Assembly: GCA_013214525.1 (NCBI GenBank)
Contig: JABSSG010000020.1
Span: forward strand, 24,950 to 88,949
Source: Rickettsiales bacterium
Lineage (GTDB): Bacteria; Pseudomonadota; Alphaproteobacteria; Rickettsiales; JABSSG01
Length of the DNA: 64,000 bases
Direction of reading: 5' to 3'
Notes under the pieces: model-generated
What the model was told of the DNA's origin: nothing
The model's input: the letters and a program-made list of their open reading frames with translations, nothing else
The model's database searches: none
Translations under genes and position numbers: made by a program
In this document: in pieces, positions 1 to 11,290 of the stretch
Layout: each line of letters starts with the position of its first letter
Numbering within the stretch: the first letter of the stretch is position 1

Positions 1-948
1 TGATTGAGATTTTTCTAAATCTACTGCTTCAGTAGCTTTTTCAACAAGAGAAACTACATCTCCCATGTCTAATATTCTAGAGGCCATTCTATCTGCATGG
101 AATTCTTCAAGGTTAGTTATATGTTCTCCTGTGCCTAAGAATTTTATAGGACATTTAGTTAAAAAATTTATGCTTAATGCAACACCACCTCTTGTATCAC
201 TATCCATTTTTGTAATTATGAGTCCCGTTAGAGGAATAGTGTCTTGAAAGTTTTTAGCGATATTAATAGCATCTTGACCAGTGAGTGCATCAACTACTAA
301 AAGAGTTTCAATAGGGTTAGTGAATTTTTGAACTTTTTTTAATTCTGACATTAGCTCTTCATCTATATGAAGCCTTCCTGCAGTATCCAATAATAATATG
401 TCATATTGTGCAGCTGCTTTTAGAATTTGTTTTGAAAGCTCTGGTACTTTAGGGGATTTATCAGGGATCTTAAAAAAATCTATATCTAGTTGTGAAGCGA
501 GCACCTCCAACTGTTTTTGTGCTGCAGGTCTATGTATATCAATTGATGCAAGTAAGATTTTTTTTCCTTGTTTTTTAAGTTTTCCTGCAAGCTTAGCTGT
601 GGTAGTTGTTTTACCAGATCCTTGTAACCCAACCATTAAGATAACAGCAGGAGCAGATGTTTTTAAATTAAGTTCTGGTGAGTCGCTTGATAAAATTTCA
701 ACTAGACAGTCATTTACTATTTTAATCACCATTTGACCAGGTGAAATGCTTTTAGTAACTTTTTCACCAGTTGCTTTTTCTTTGACAAGTTTGGTAAATT
801 CTTTGACAACAGGCAATGCGACGTCTGCTTCTAGTAAAGCTATTCTTATTTCACGCAATGCTTTATCTATATCAGATTCTGTTAAATGTCCTACTCCTGT
901 GATATTTTCAAAAATCTTATTTAAATTTGATGTGAGGCGTTCAAACAT
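1..948 (-). CDS. ffh: signal recognition particle protein Ffh, first 316 codons (3' end lies beyond window start)
   Basis: The minus-strand frame is open from ATG (948-946) to the window edge. Translation starts MFERLTSNLNKIFENITGVGHLTESDIDKALREIRIALLEADV. It carries the GLQGSGKTTT P-loop and the DTAGRLHID, LTGQDA and ITKMDSDTRGG motifs. The + strand ORFs 65-247, 398-736 and 746-1003 are shadows of this gene. Confidence 0.92.
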   Translation of the reverse strand, partial: MFERLTSNLNKIFENITGVGHLTESDIDKALREIRIALLEADVALPVVKEFTKLVKEKATGEKVTKSISPGQMVIKIVNDCLVEILSSDSPELNLKTSAPAVILMVGLQGSGKTTTTAKLAGKLKKQGKKILLASIDIHRPAAQKQLEVLASQLDIDFFKIPDKSPKVPELSKQILKAAAQYDILLLDTAGRLHIDEELMSELKKVQKFTNPIETLLVVDALTGQDAINIAKNFQDTIPLTGLIITKMDSDTRGGVALSINFLTKCPIKFLGTGEHITNLEEFHADRMASRILDMGDVVSLVEKATEAVDLEKSQS

Positions 949-2398
949 ATGTTTTATATTTATCTTTGGTTTTTGTTTTAATTCTTCCGTATTTGTCTTC
1001 TAATCTAATAATATCTTCTTCAATTAATTCTTCACCAATTTGAACTTCTATAAATTCTAAAATATCTGAAGTGTTGTTAGAAATTTTATGTATTTCTTTA
1101 ACAGGAATATATATTGATTCGTTTGCAGTAAGCTGTAAAGACTCCTTTCCTTTTGTAACTGTAGCTATGCCTTTAGTAATTACCCAATGTTCAGATCTCT
1201 TCATATGATATTGTAATGAGATTTGTTGGTGGGGAGTTATAAAAATACGTTTAACTTTACATGTTGTACTATCAAGTATCACTTCATAATATCCCCAAGG
1301 TCTGTAGCATCTATTTGAATCTTGTACGATAGTTGCATCTTTTTTCTTTAGATTTGTGTAAATAGTTTTTAAATCCTCAGAATTTTCTTTGTTTGTAATT
1401 AGAATTGCATCTTGTGTATTTATAACGCAAATATTTTCTAATTTATTGACTACTAAATGTGAATTACATTTGGAATGTATTAAGACATTGGCACATTTAT
1501 TAGCAGAAATTTTATTCCCTATGATAACATTTCCTTTTTTATCAGAGTGCTTTTTCATATGTTGGTAAAAACCATTCCAACTACCAAGATCAAGCCATTT
1601 AATATTAATTGGATATACAAATGCGTTCTTAGTTTTTTCAAACACTGCTACATCTATAGAAATATTTTCAAATTTAGAGAAATTCTCATTGTCTAATTCT
1701 ATAAAATCAAAAACTTTTTTGCTTGCCTCTATTGTTTGTTGAGCAGTTTCAAGCATAGAATTATTTATTTTTTCTAATTCTTTGAGATATAAATGGTTAT
1801 CCATTAAAAACATCCCAGAGTTCCAAAGATAATTATTGGCTTTTAAAAATTTTTCAGCTCGTGACTTATTAGGTTTTTCTATGAATTGTTTGACTGAGAA
1901 AACATCGTTTTCTAGTTCATCTCCTGTTTTAATGTAGCCATAGCTTGTGGCTGGCCTATCTGGCGTGATGCCGAAGGTTATTAATCCTTTAGTTGAGTAG
2001 TTTTTGAGTTTCTTTATGTGAGAAACAAACTTATTTGTGTCACCAATTACGTGATCTGAGGGTAACACTAACATAGGTTGGCTATTTTTAAATTGCTGTT
2101 TTATATATAAAGCAGCTATAGAGATAGCTGGAGCTGTATTCTTAGAGCATGGTTCTAGCAATATTGCATATGGCTTAATATTTATTTCTTCAAGCTCGCT
2201 AGCAACTCTGAATTTGTAACTTTCTTTACATATTATGATTGGGTTCATGAATATTTTTTTATCACTAACTCGCAAAATAGTTTTCTGAAATAAACTTCTG
2301 TTATCGTCTATTTTTAAAAATTGCTTTGGATTATTTTCGCGTGATAGTGGCCAAAGACGACTCCCAACTCCACCACATAGTATTACTGGTATAATCAT
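941..2398 (-). CDS. manC: mannose-1-phosphate guanylyltransferase / mannose-6-phosphate isomerase (bifunctional ManC/CpsB type)
   Basis: 485 aa. The N-terminus MIIPVILCGGVGSRLWPLSRENNPKQFL is the nucleotidyltransferase signature, and the C-terminus has a cupin (PMI type II) region. It overlaps the ffh start by 8 nt. Confidence 0.88.
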   Translation of the reverse strand: MIIPVILCGGVGSRLWPLSRENNPKQFLKIDDNRSLFQKTILRVSDKKIFMNPIIICKESYKFRVASELEEINIKPYAILLEPCSKNTAPAISIAALYIKQQFKNSQPMLVLPSDHVIGDTNKFVSHIKKLKNYSTKGLITFGITPDRPATSYGYIKTGDELENDVFSVKQFIEKPNKSRAEKFLKANNYLWNSGMFLMDNHLYLKELEKINNSMLETAQQTIEASKKVFDFIELDNENFSKFENISIDVAVFEKTKNAFVYPINIKWLDLGSWNGFYQHMKKHSDKKGNVIIGNKISANKCANVLIHSKCNSHLVVNKLENICVINTQDAILITNKENSEDLKTIYTNLKKKDATIVQDSNRCYRPWGYYEVILDSTTCKVKRIFITPHQQISLQYHMKRSEHWVITKGIATVTKGKESLQLTANESIYIPVKEIHKISNNTSDILEFIEVQIGEELIEEDIIRLEDKYGRIKTKTKDKYKTYV

Positions 2399-2531
2399 GA
2401 AATGTTTTTCTTTAATGTTTCTTCTAGGATAAACTTTTTTATAAAATCTGCTAATTGTTTTTGTAATCCATTATTCGGATTTTAACAATATTAGAATTAA
2501 GGATTTTGTCAAATTTAAAGGTAATGTTGGT

Positions 2532-3326
2532 TTACGGATATGGATTATTTTCTAGCCATTTTACAAGATTTGGGCATAATACATTTCCACAGTTTGGTAC
2601 TAGTAACATATGATAATTTAAAATTTCAAAGCCAAGTTTCATAGCTAACTTAAAGCTAGGTTTATTATCAACATTACAGCTCCATTGTGGTGTAATGTTT
2701 TTGTCTCTACATTTTTTTATTAGATGCGATACAATTTTTGATCCGTATCCTTTACGTTGGTAATTTGGGTGTGTGTAGACATGTATTTCTCCGTATCCTA
2801 ATCCAAGAGCTGCATAACTTTCACTAACCAAGGTTCCGTTCTTTAGAAAAAGAGCATAACCCATGCCATGGGCTAGAAAAAGTTCTTCATTGCCATATAT
2901 TTTTATTAATTCTTTATATTTAATGCATTTTCTGAGAATATCGGAAGAATCTATTTTTAGAATTTTAAAATTACTGTTCGTAATAATACTACTACTTGTA
3001 GTTTTTAAATTTAGTGTAGTACGAACGTGGAAATTCCATCCATGATGAAGGAATAAGGGGTGATATTTTTTATTACAATGAATCATTGGAAACTTAAAAG
3101 TTTTAATGAAATTAGTGATTTTTTCTATAGAGCTATTTGTTAATGTTCCAGCAATAAATATAAAAGGTTCATCACAATTCTCTGTGATGACAACGGCATT
3201 ATTAGATAATTGGAAGATTTTTCCTGTAGCTTGGGTTTCTATTATTTTCCACAAAATGCCCTGGTTAGGAAATTGTTTTAGTTCTGTGATAATGTTTTGA
3301 TCTGTAATATGCTTAATTTGTTTCAT
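2532..3326 (-). CDS. GNAT-family N-acetyltransferase
   Basis: 264 aa. The C-terminal acetyl-CoA motif QRKGYGSKIVSHLIKK ... KLAMKLGFE is typical of GNAT motif A/B. Confidence 0.7.
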   Translation of the reverse strand: MKQIKHITDQNIITELKQFPNQGILWKIIETQATGKIFQLSNNAVVITENCDEPFIFIAGTLTNSSIEKITNFIKTFKFPMIHCNKKYHPLFLHHGWNFHVRTTLNLKTTSSSIITNSNFKILKIDSSDILRKCIKYKELIKIYGNEELFLAHGMGYALFLKNGTLVSESYAALGLGYGEIHVYTHPNYQRKGYGSKIVSHLIKKCRDKNITPQWSCNVDNKPSFKLAMKLGFEILNYHMLLVPNCGNVLCPNLVKWLENNPYP

Positions 3327-3417
3327 AATTTATGAGTTTGTATACGAATTGAAAGCATTGATATCTTTTATATATTATAAACTCTGTGTGCATATGTCAT
3401 TATTTAAATAAAAGCAC

Positions 3418-3446
3418 TTGACGTCTATAAAATTGTTCTCTATAAA
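3418..3446 (+). promoter_or_regulatory. candidate sigma70-type promoter for the 16S rRNA gene (TTGACG-N17-TATAAA)
   Basis: ttgacg at 3418-3423, a 17-nt spacer, then tataaa(at) at 3441-3446. It lies ~210 nt upstream of the mature 16S 5' end. TTGAC hexamers look uncommon in this AT-rich DNA. Confidence 0.4.
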
Positions 3447-3596
3447 ATTAGTTCTCTTGGCTGTTTTGAAAAGTAAATAGAATAACAGTATCTTTCATTT
3501 TTCGATAAAGTTATTAACGGTATATTTAGCAAATTCCCTTTTGTTAAAATGCTAAAAATCTATAAAGATTTAAGATTTTATCAATATGAAAAATGA

Positions 3597-3618
3597 GATG
3601 AGCATAGAAAGGTAGTAG
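3597..3618 (+). other. 5' arm of rRNA precursor processing stem (pairs with 5177-5197)
   Basis: atgagcatagaaaggtagtag is complementary to ctactgcctttctatgcccat downstream of the 16S (21 nt, 1 mismatch and 1 G-U). This is the classic RNase III stem geometry bracketing the 16S. Confidence 0.7.
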
Positions 3619-3657
3619 TGTAGGTAATATATACTACTCGTCAAACAAGTAGTTTTT

Positions 3658-5152
<1,495 letters not shown>

Positions 5153-5176
5153 AGACTTTCAAAAGTTAATAATACG

Positions 5177-5197
5177 CTACTGCCTTTCTATGCCCAT
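5177..5197 (+). other. 3' arm of rRNA precursor processing stem (pairs with 3597-3618)
   Basis: See the 5' arm entry. This arm is its reverse complement and starts 25 nt after the 16S 3' end. Confidence 0.7.
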
Positions 5198-5269
5198 TTC
5201 TGTTATTCTATTTTTCAAATGTAATTTGCCTATCAATTAAGCAGTAAAGTTTTGATAGGAAGATAAAAA

Positions 5270-5770
5270 ATGAATAACCAAAATTTATTTTCATTTATTT
5301 TTAATATGATAATGGGAACTCCTAGCTGGGTGTGGTTCATATTTGGTTATCTACTGTTTGTTGGCATTAAAGCGACTACGTCGAGAATAGTTTACCTACC
5401 TAAACTTCTTATAATTCCTATTGTTTTAACTGGTACTAAATATAAAGCATTTATGAATGCAACGATTGCTATTTGGAGCAATTATTTAGTGTGTTTTTTA
5501 ATTGGCATTTTGGTTGGTTTTAAATTTGCTGAAAGCCAAAAAATTAAAGTTGTTAAAAGTCATCTTAAAATTGAATTGTCAGGAAGTTATTCTACTTTGA
5601 TAATTTTGATATCTTTTTTCACTGTTAAATATGTTTTTGGATATTTATACGCAACCCATCAGGGGTTGTATAAAGAATTAATAGTTTTTGAAATTGGTAT
5701 TAGTGGTATATTCTCAGGGTATTTTTTAGGTAAGGCAATTAAATATTTGAGTTATTATCTTAGAAACTAA
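5270..5770 (+). CDS. hypothetical integral membrane protein (about 4-5 TM segments)
   Basis: 166-aa ORF with an ATG start, an aggaag RBS at 5257-5262 and strongly hydrophobic segments. I recognise no family with confidence. Confidence 0.6.
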   Translation: MNNQNLFSFIFNMIMGTPSWVWFIFGYLLFVGIKATTSRIVYLPKLLIIPIVLTGTKYKAFMNATIAIWSNYLVCFLIGILVGFKFAESQKIKVVKSHLKIELSGSYSTLIILISFFTVKYVFGYLYATHQGLYKELIVFEIGISGIFSGYFLGKAIKYLSYYLRN

Positions 5771-6129
5771 AATACGTATTTTTTTACTAGATTGAGTTTT
5801 GCTTGATTTTTATCAAAACTCTATTAAAGGCACAGTTCATTTATAGATTCCAACTTTCAAACTCCAATGTAATGGATCGGTGCAAAATAATTATATTGAA
5901 ATTCAGATGAGTAGTGGTCATGCAACTATAGTATGAAAATAATTCTTTTGGTACTATAATAGTTACTGTTGCTCCAGTTTATATTCCTAAGCACTTAAAA
6001 AATCTATTGAGAAGTACTAGATAGAATAATTCTCAAGTTATTGAAGAAAATTTATTAGCAGTTAGGTTTATGACTGTGGTAGAATAAATCAATTGCTAGG
6101 GAGGTTATGAATAAAATTAAGGTAAGTAT

Positions 6130-6549
6130 ATGAGTAAGAATTATGTGCCATCAGAAAAAGAAGAATATATGAATTTCAATCAACTTGAATATTTTAAAGA
6201 TCAGCTTTTGAAATGGAAGGATGAGCTGATGAAAGAAGATCAAGATATTGTAGATCATATAAAAGAAGAAAAACTAGATGAGCCAGATGTTGCAGATAAT
6301 GCTTCTATAGAAATAGATATTGTTGTGGAATCTCAAGTTCAGGATAGTCATGGTAAGCTTATAGAAAAGATTGATAATTCTTTAGCACAAATAGAAAATA
6401 ACACTTATGGCTATTGTGTAAAATGTGGTAATCCAGTTGGTTTAAAACGTCTTAAAGCAAGACCTGTAGCTAATTTATGTATTGAAGGACAAGAATGCCA
6501 TGAGAGGGAAAAGGATATTGCTGCTATGGCTACTAAAAGCAGGAAATGA
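6130..6549 (+). CDS. dksA: DksA/TraR-family RNA polymerase-binding transcription factor
   Basis: 139 aa. It has an acidic coiled-coil region, and its C-terminal zinc finger CVKCGNPVGLKRLKARPVANLCIEGQEC aligns with E. coli DksA CESCG..IRRLEARPTADLCIDC. Confidence 0.85.
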   Translation: MSKNYVPSEKEEYMNFNQLEYFKDQLLKWKDELMKEDQDIVDHIKEEKLDEPDVADNASIEIDIVVESQVQDSHGKLIEKIDNSLAQIENNTYGYCVKCGNPVGLKRLKARPVANLCIEGQECHEREKDIAAMATKSRK

Positions 6550-6633
6550 TACACTAATCATATCTGAAAATTTGATTGTATGCCTCCCTGAACAATAACA
6601 GTTTTTTAGTCAATTACTCTTCTGCAGTGGTTT

Positions 6634-6705
6634 AAAACTCCAATTATGGATTACAAAAACATTTAGTTTATAATTATTTGTATATGTTGTATAATCCATA
6701 TTGTT
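6634..6705. repeat. degenerate, shrunken copy of the 62160-62320 palindromic element
   Basis: aaaactccaattatggattacaaaaacattta (6634-6665) matches the left end of the 62160 element (aaaccccagctatggattacaaaaacattata). ttgtataatccatattg (about 6687-6703) resembles its right end. Confidence 0.5.
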
Positions 6706-6730
6706 CTAAGTAAAAATTTTTATAGGAAAC

Positions 6731-9463
6731 ATGACATCAAAAGATCATAGCGGAGAAGCATTACAAGAAATACCAGAAGATAAGACAACCCCTGTCACTA
6801 TAGAAGAGGAAATGAAAAGCTCCTATTTAGATTATGCAATGAGCATAATTGTTAGTCGAGCATTACCAGATGTACGTGATGGCTTGAAGCCGGTACACAG
6901 GAGAATACTTTTTGCGATGTGGGAGTCGCTTTGCTATTACAATAAGCCATTTAAGAAGTCAGCTAGAATCGTTGGTGAAGTGATGGGTAAATACCACCCT
7001 CATGGAGATGGACCGATTTATGATTCTTTGGTTCGTATGGCTCAAGAGTTTTCTTTAAGGCTTCCGTTAATTGATGGTCAAGGAAATTTTGGTTCGATAG
7101 ATGGTGATGCTCCAGCTGCGATGAGATATACAGAATCTCGTCTTGCTAAAGTATCACATAGTTTGCTTGATGATATTGATAAAGATACTATAGACTTTAG
7201 ACCCAATTACGATAATTCTCAAAAAGAGCCAACTGTATTACCAGCAAAAGTTCCTAATGTATTAGTAAATGGTGCAGGGGGTATTGCTGTTGGTATGGCA
7301 ACTAATATTCCTCCTCATAATTTAGGAGAAGTAATCGATGCTTGTTGTCTGTATATTAAGGATCATGATATTACGGTAGATGATCTTATCGAGGTTATAA
7401 AAGGGCCAGATTTCCCAACAGCAGGATTAATTCTTGGTCATGCTGGGGTAGTTTCTGCAATTAAGACTGGTAGAGGGTCAATAATAATGAGAGGTAAGGC
7501 AGATATAGAAAATCTGTCGGATAAAAAACATGCTATTATCATAAAAGAACTTCCTTATGCAGTAAATAAGGCACATTTAGTTGAAAAAATTGCAGATCTT
7601 GTACGTAATAAAAAAATTGAGGGAATAAGTGATCTGCGTGATGAATCAGATCGTAATGGGATTAGGGTTGTTATTGAATTGCGTAGAGATGCGATTCCAG
7701 ATTTAGTTTTGAACCAGCTTTATTCTTATACTGCACTTCAAACATCTTTTGGAGTTAATATGTTGGCGTTAAAAAACGGTACTCCACAAATAATGAATGT
7801 GCTTGATGTAATAAAATCATTTGTTGATTTTAGGGAAGAGGTGGTTTTACGTCGTACGAAATTTTTATTAACCAAAGCACAAAATAAAGCACATGTATTA
7901 ATTGGTTTGATAGTTGCTGTAAATAATATAGATGTTGTTATTGATACTATTAAGAAATCTTCTGACGTTGAAGAAGCAAAAACTAATTTGATGGCTTTAG
8001 AGTTAAATTGTACTCCTGAAATTGTGAGTCTTATAAAGTTAGTTGGTACAGATGAAAAGTTAAATGCAAATAACCAATTTAAATTTAGTGATATTCAAGC
8101 TAAAGCAATTTTGGAATTAAGATTACAAAGATTGACTGCAATGGAACAATCTAAAATTTCTGATAATCTTAAAGAACTAGCTGAACAAATTAAAAATTAT
8201 AGTCATATTTTAAATTCCAGAGAGAGGTTGTTGCAGGTTATTGAACAGGAACTACTTGAGATTAAGGAAGAATTTGCAACCCCACGAAAAACTGAAATTA
8301 TAGCTAATGAATTTGAGCAAAATATTGAAGACTTAATTAAGAAGGAAGATGTTGTAATAACAGTAACTCATAAGGGGTATATTAAAAGAGTGCCTCTTTC
8401 TACTTATAAATCTCAGAAAAGAGGTGGTAAAGGACGCAATGCTATGTCTATGCAGGATGATGATTTCACTACGAAACTGTTTGTTGCAAATACACATACA
8501 CCTGTCCTATTTTTCTCAGATCATGGCAAAGTCTATAAATTAAAAGCATATAAATTACCAGTAGGTAGTGCTACTTCGAAAGGACGAGCTCTTGTGAATG
8601 TGTTGCCTCTTCAAGTAGATGAAAAAATAACAACTATCATGCCATTGCCAGAAGATGAATCAAAATGGCAAGGAATGCATTTAATGTTTGCTACTATTTC
8701 GGGTAATGTTAGACGAAATGACTTGTCCGATTTTCAGTCTATTCAGTCAAATGGAAAGATAGCTATAAAATTAGAAGAAAATGATTCATTAGTTGGAGTT
8801 AGTTTATGTTCTGAAGATGATCATATATTACTAGCAGCAAAGAGTGGCAAATGCATAAGATTTCCAGTAAGTGCTGTAAGGGTATTTAAAAGTCGTACAT
8901 CAGATGGAGTAAGAGGAATCAAGTTAGCTAGTCAAGATGAGGTTGTCTCTATGTCTGTACTACATGGCGTGGTATCAGATGCCATTGAACGTGATGAATA
9001 TTTGAAAATTCCATTAAAGGTTAGAAAAAAATTAAGTCTGTGTGAGCAAGAAGATGAAGTGCCAAGTATATTGAAAAAAACATCTGTTAATCTTTCATCA
9101 GCTAAAATTCTATCATTTGCTCAAGCAGAGCAGTTTATTTTAACAATTACAAAAAATGGCTATGGAAAGAGAACTTCTGCTTACGAATATAGAGTTACAA
9201 ATCGAGGGGGGCAAGGTATCATTAATATAGTGACTTCAGCTAGAAATGGTAAAGTTGTATCTAGTTTTCCTGTGAGTGAAACTGATCAAATCATGTTAAT
9301 AACAAATCAGGGTCAGTTAATTAGATGCGGAGTAGATGGTATTCGGGTTACTGGACGAAATACTCAAGGAGTAACTTGTAGGTCTTGTAAGAAAGGTGAA
9401 GCTATTGTTTCAGTTGCACTGATTTCTGATGAAGATGAAGACGAAGATAAAGAGCAGGAATGA
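6731..9463 (+). CDS. gyrA: DNA gyrase subunit A
   Basis: 910 aa. It has the KYHPHGD and AAMRYTE(S)RL motifs with the catalytic Tyr, GyrA-box/beta-pinwheel repeats and an acidic tail [11 protein letters not shown]. Confidence 0.97.
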   Translation: MTSKDHSGEALQEIPEDKTTPVTIEEEMKSSYLDYAMSIIVSRALPDVRDGLKPVHRRILFAMWESLCYYNKPFKKSARIVGEVMGKYHPHGDGPIYDSLVRMAQEFSLRLPLIDGQGNFGSIDGDAPAAMRYTESRLAKVSHSLLDDIDKDTIDFRPNYDNSQKEPTVLPAKVPNVLVNGAGGIAVGMATNIPPHNLGEVIDACCLYIKDHDITVDDLIEVIKGPDFPTAGLILGHAGVVSAIKTGRGSIIMRGKADIENLSDKKHAIIIKELPYAVNKAHLVEKIADLVRNKKIEGISDLRDESDRNGIRVVIELRRDAIPDLVLNQLYSYTALQTSFGVNMLALKNGTPQIMNVLDVIKSFVDFREEVVLRRTKFLLTKAQNKAHVLIGLIVAVNNIDVVIDTIKKSSDVEEAKTNLMALELNCTPEIVSLIKLVGTDEKLNANNQFKFSDIQAKAILELRLQRLTAMEQSKISDNLKELAEQIKNYSHILNSRERLLQVIEQELLEIKEEFATPRKTEIIANEFEQNIEDLIKKEDVVITVTHKGYIKRVPLSTYKSQKRGGKGRNAMSMQDDDFTTKLFVANTHTPVLFFSDHGKVYKLKAYKLPVGSATSKGRALVNVLPLQVDEKITTIMPLPEDESKWQGMHLMFATISGNVRRNDLSDFQSIQSNGKIAIKLEENDSLVGVSLCSEDDHILLAAKSGKCIRFPVSAVRVFKSRTSDGVRGIKLASQDEVVSMSVLHGVVSDAIERDEYLKIPLKVRKKLSLCEQEDEVPSILKKTSVNLSSAKILSFAQAEQFILTITKNGYGKRTSAYEYRVTNRGGQGIINIVTSARNGKVVSSFPVSETDQIMLITNQGQLIRCGVDGIRVTGRNTQGVTCRSCKKGEAIVSVALISDEDEDEDKEQE

Positions 9464-9981
9464 AGAATAAAGAGTTTATAGATTATCCAATTAGAAAGGC
9501 AATCTATCCTGGTACTTTTGATCCAATTACTTTAGGTCATTTAGATATAATATCTAGGTCTACAGGAATAGTTGATGAATTAGTAATTGCTGTTGCACAA
9601 GATGTTTTAAAAACTCCTCTTTTTTCTCTTAAAGAGAGAGTAGATATGGTAAAAAATGATATACTTACTAAGTCTTTAGCGGCAGATAAAATAAAGATTA
9701 TAGGATTTAAGGGGTTACTTATCGATTTTGCTAAAGCACAAAAAGCGTCTTTAATTATAAGAGGTCTTAGAGCAGTTTCTGATTTTGAATATGAATTTAA
9801 AATGTTTTCTGCAAATCAGAGATTAGTAAGTGATATTGAAACAGTATTTTTACCAGCAAAAGATTCAACACATTTCATATCAGCAACTGTAGTAAAGGAA
9901 ATTGCTCGTCTTAAAGGTGATGTATCTAGCTTTGTCTCTTCTTACGTTAAGCAAAAATTAGCTAAAAAATTTAGCAAATAG
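9460..9981 (+). CDS. coaD: phosphopantetheine adenylyltransferase
   Basis: 173 aa with YPGTFDPITLGHLDII (the T/HxGH motif). An ATGA start/stop overlap links it to gyrA. Confidence 0.92.
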   Translation: MKNKEFIDYPIRKAIYPGTFDPITLGHLDIISRSTGIVDELVIAVAQDVLKTPLFSLKERVDMVKNDILTKSLAADKIKIIGFKGLLIDFAKAQKASLIIRGLRAVSDFEYEFKMFSANQRLVSDIETVFLPAKDSTHFISATVVKEIARLKGDVSSFVSSYVKQKLAKKFSK

Positions 9982-10008
9982 AGCGTTTAAAAATCAACTG
10001 GTAAAGTT

Positions 10009-11280
10009 ATGAGAAAACAAAAATTTTTCATCATAAAATTAGGTTTAGCATTGTTAGTAATTGCTATTCTGGGTTACGCAATATTAAGAATGGGAGCTCT
10101 TTATATAGATAATATGAGAATTAATAAGGGAGTATATTTTTTTGAGAGAGGGAATGTTTCGAAAGCAAAAGACCTGTGGCTAAAGATGGCAAAGAAAGGA
10201 AATCTTAAAGCTGAGTATAATTTAGGAATATTATACAATAGTAAGAAGGATTTTGAGAAGGCAATAAAATGGTTTAAAAAAGCAGCACAGAAAGGAAGTC
10301 CAGATGCACAGTTTGCTTTAGGGTCATTATATAGAAATAAAGGCAATTTTAAGGAAGCAATAAGATGGTTCAGAAAAGCAGCACAGAAAGAAGTGGAGAA
10401 TTCTCAAGTTTTTTTAGGTGGACTTTTATTGCAGGAGAAGACAAATGAATTGGAAAAATGTTTTGAGAAACCATCACTAGAAAGGAAAAATTCGTTATGT
10501 GGCTTAAGAATTCTTTATGGTTTACAAGGAGAACTTGAGGAGGCTGAGAAATGGTTGGTGAAAGCTACAAAGAAATATCCGAAAAATGCTTCATTCTTTT
10601 TAGGTATGTTATATGCAATGGAAAAGAAGCCTAAAACAGCAATAACTTGGTTAACAAATTCTGCAAATTATGGAGATGAAAAAGCTCAGAGTATGTTAAA
10701 AAAATTAGATATTAAGCCTAGATGTCCTAAAGATCCATCTGGAAAGAAGAAAGTTAGATATTTATTTGAGATGTTTGGGCATCGTATAACTACTATATGG
10801 GAAAATAGTGGGGATGCATTTTGTATATCAAGTACTGAAAGTCAAAAAAATTATCTTATGGTAAATTATATTCCAGCTAGTGAAACATTAAAAAACACAA
10901 CAGAAGATTTGACTTCATTAAGCTTCAAAGACGTTTTGTACTCGAATTCAGATCTTTTAGATACTATTGATAGTGGCGTGCAATATTCTTGTAAAACAAA
11001 ATTTATTAAAGTTTTGAGAGATACTAATGATGTGATGGAAGTTGTTGCAGTATGTGGTTCTTATGAAAGGGAACAATCAGAACTAAGTAGTAAAATTGAA
11101 CATTATATTATGAGAAGATATCACGGGAATACATATGTTTTTGTATATAAGACATACGGTAAACCTTTTGATGCTTTCACATATAATTTTGATGATGAAA
11201 ATATTAAAAAATGGAGTAAATTTCTAAACAATATTAAGTTAAGTCTGATAAAGGAGACAACAACAAATAAAGTAAATTAA
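10009..11280 (+). CDS. Sel1 (SLR/TPR-like) repeat protein with N-terminal TM anchor and an unassigned ~190-aa C-terminal domain
   Basis: 423 aa. Repeats of the Sel1 pattern are present (AEYNLGILYNSKKDFEKAIKWFKKAAQKGSPDAQFALGSLYRNKGNFKEAIRWFRKAAQK). A hydrophobic segment covers residues 8-28. Confidence 0.8.
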   Translation: MRKQKFFIIKLGLALLVIAILGYAILRMGALYIDNMRINKGVYFFERGNVSKAKDLWLKMAKKGNLKAEYNLGILYNSKKDFEKAIKWFKKAAQKGSPDAQFALGSLYRNKGNFKEAIRWFRKAAQKEVENSQVFLGGLLLQEKTNELEKCFEKPSLERKNSLCGLRILYGLQGELEEAEKWLVKATKKYPKNASFFLGMLYAMEKKPKTAITWLTNSANYGDEKAQSMLKKLDIKPRCPKDPSGKKKVRYLFEMFGHRITTIWENSGDAFCISSTESQKNYLMVNYIPASETLKNTTEDLTSLSFKDVLYSNSDLLDTIDSGVQYSCKTKFIKVLRDTNDVMEVVAVCGSYEREQSELSSKIEHYIMRRYHGNTYVFVYKTYGKPFDAFTYNFDDENIKKWSKFLNNIKLSLIKETTTNKVN

Positions 11281-11290
11281 AAAATGAATT

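Noticed and set aside
65-1003. Three + strand ORFs (65-247, 398-736, 746-1003)
   Set aside because: They lie antisense to a clean ffh reading frame that carries all the SRP54 GTPase motifs. They are shadow ORFs.
5920-5934. Exact 15-mer tcatgcaactatagt shared with 49928-49942
   Set aside because: A single 15-nt match between two AT-rich intergenic regions is about what chance predicts for 64 kb read on both strands. The flanks share no further similarity.
5771-6129. Searched the long spacers (5771-6129, 17630-17860, 56946-57184, 62901-63106) for ffs, RNase P RNA, tmRNA and riboswitch signatures
   Set aside because: None of the conserved cores I can recall were present (4.5S GGAAGCAGCC-type loop, the RNase P GGAAAGTCCGGGC-type P4 region, glycine riboswitch motifs). 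A covariance-model scan is needed before claiming absence.
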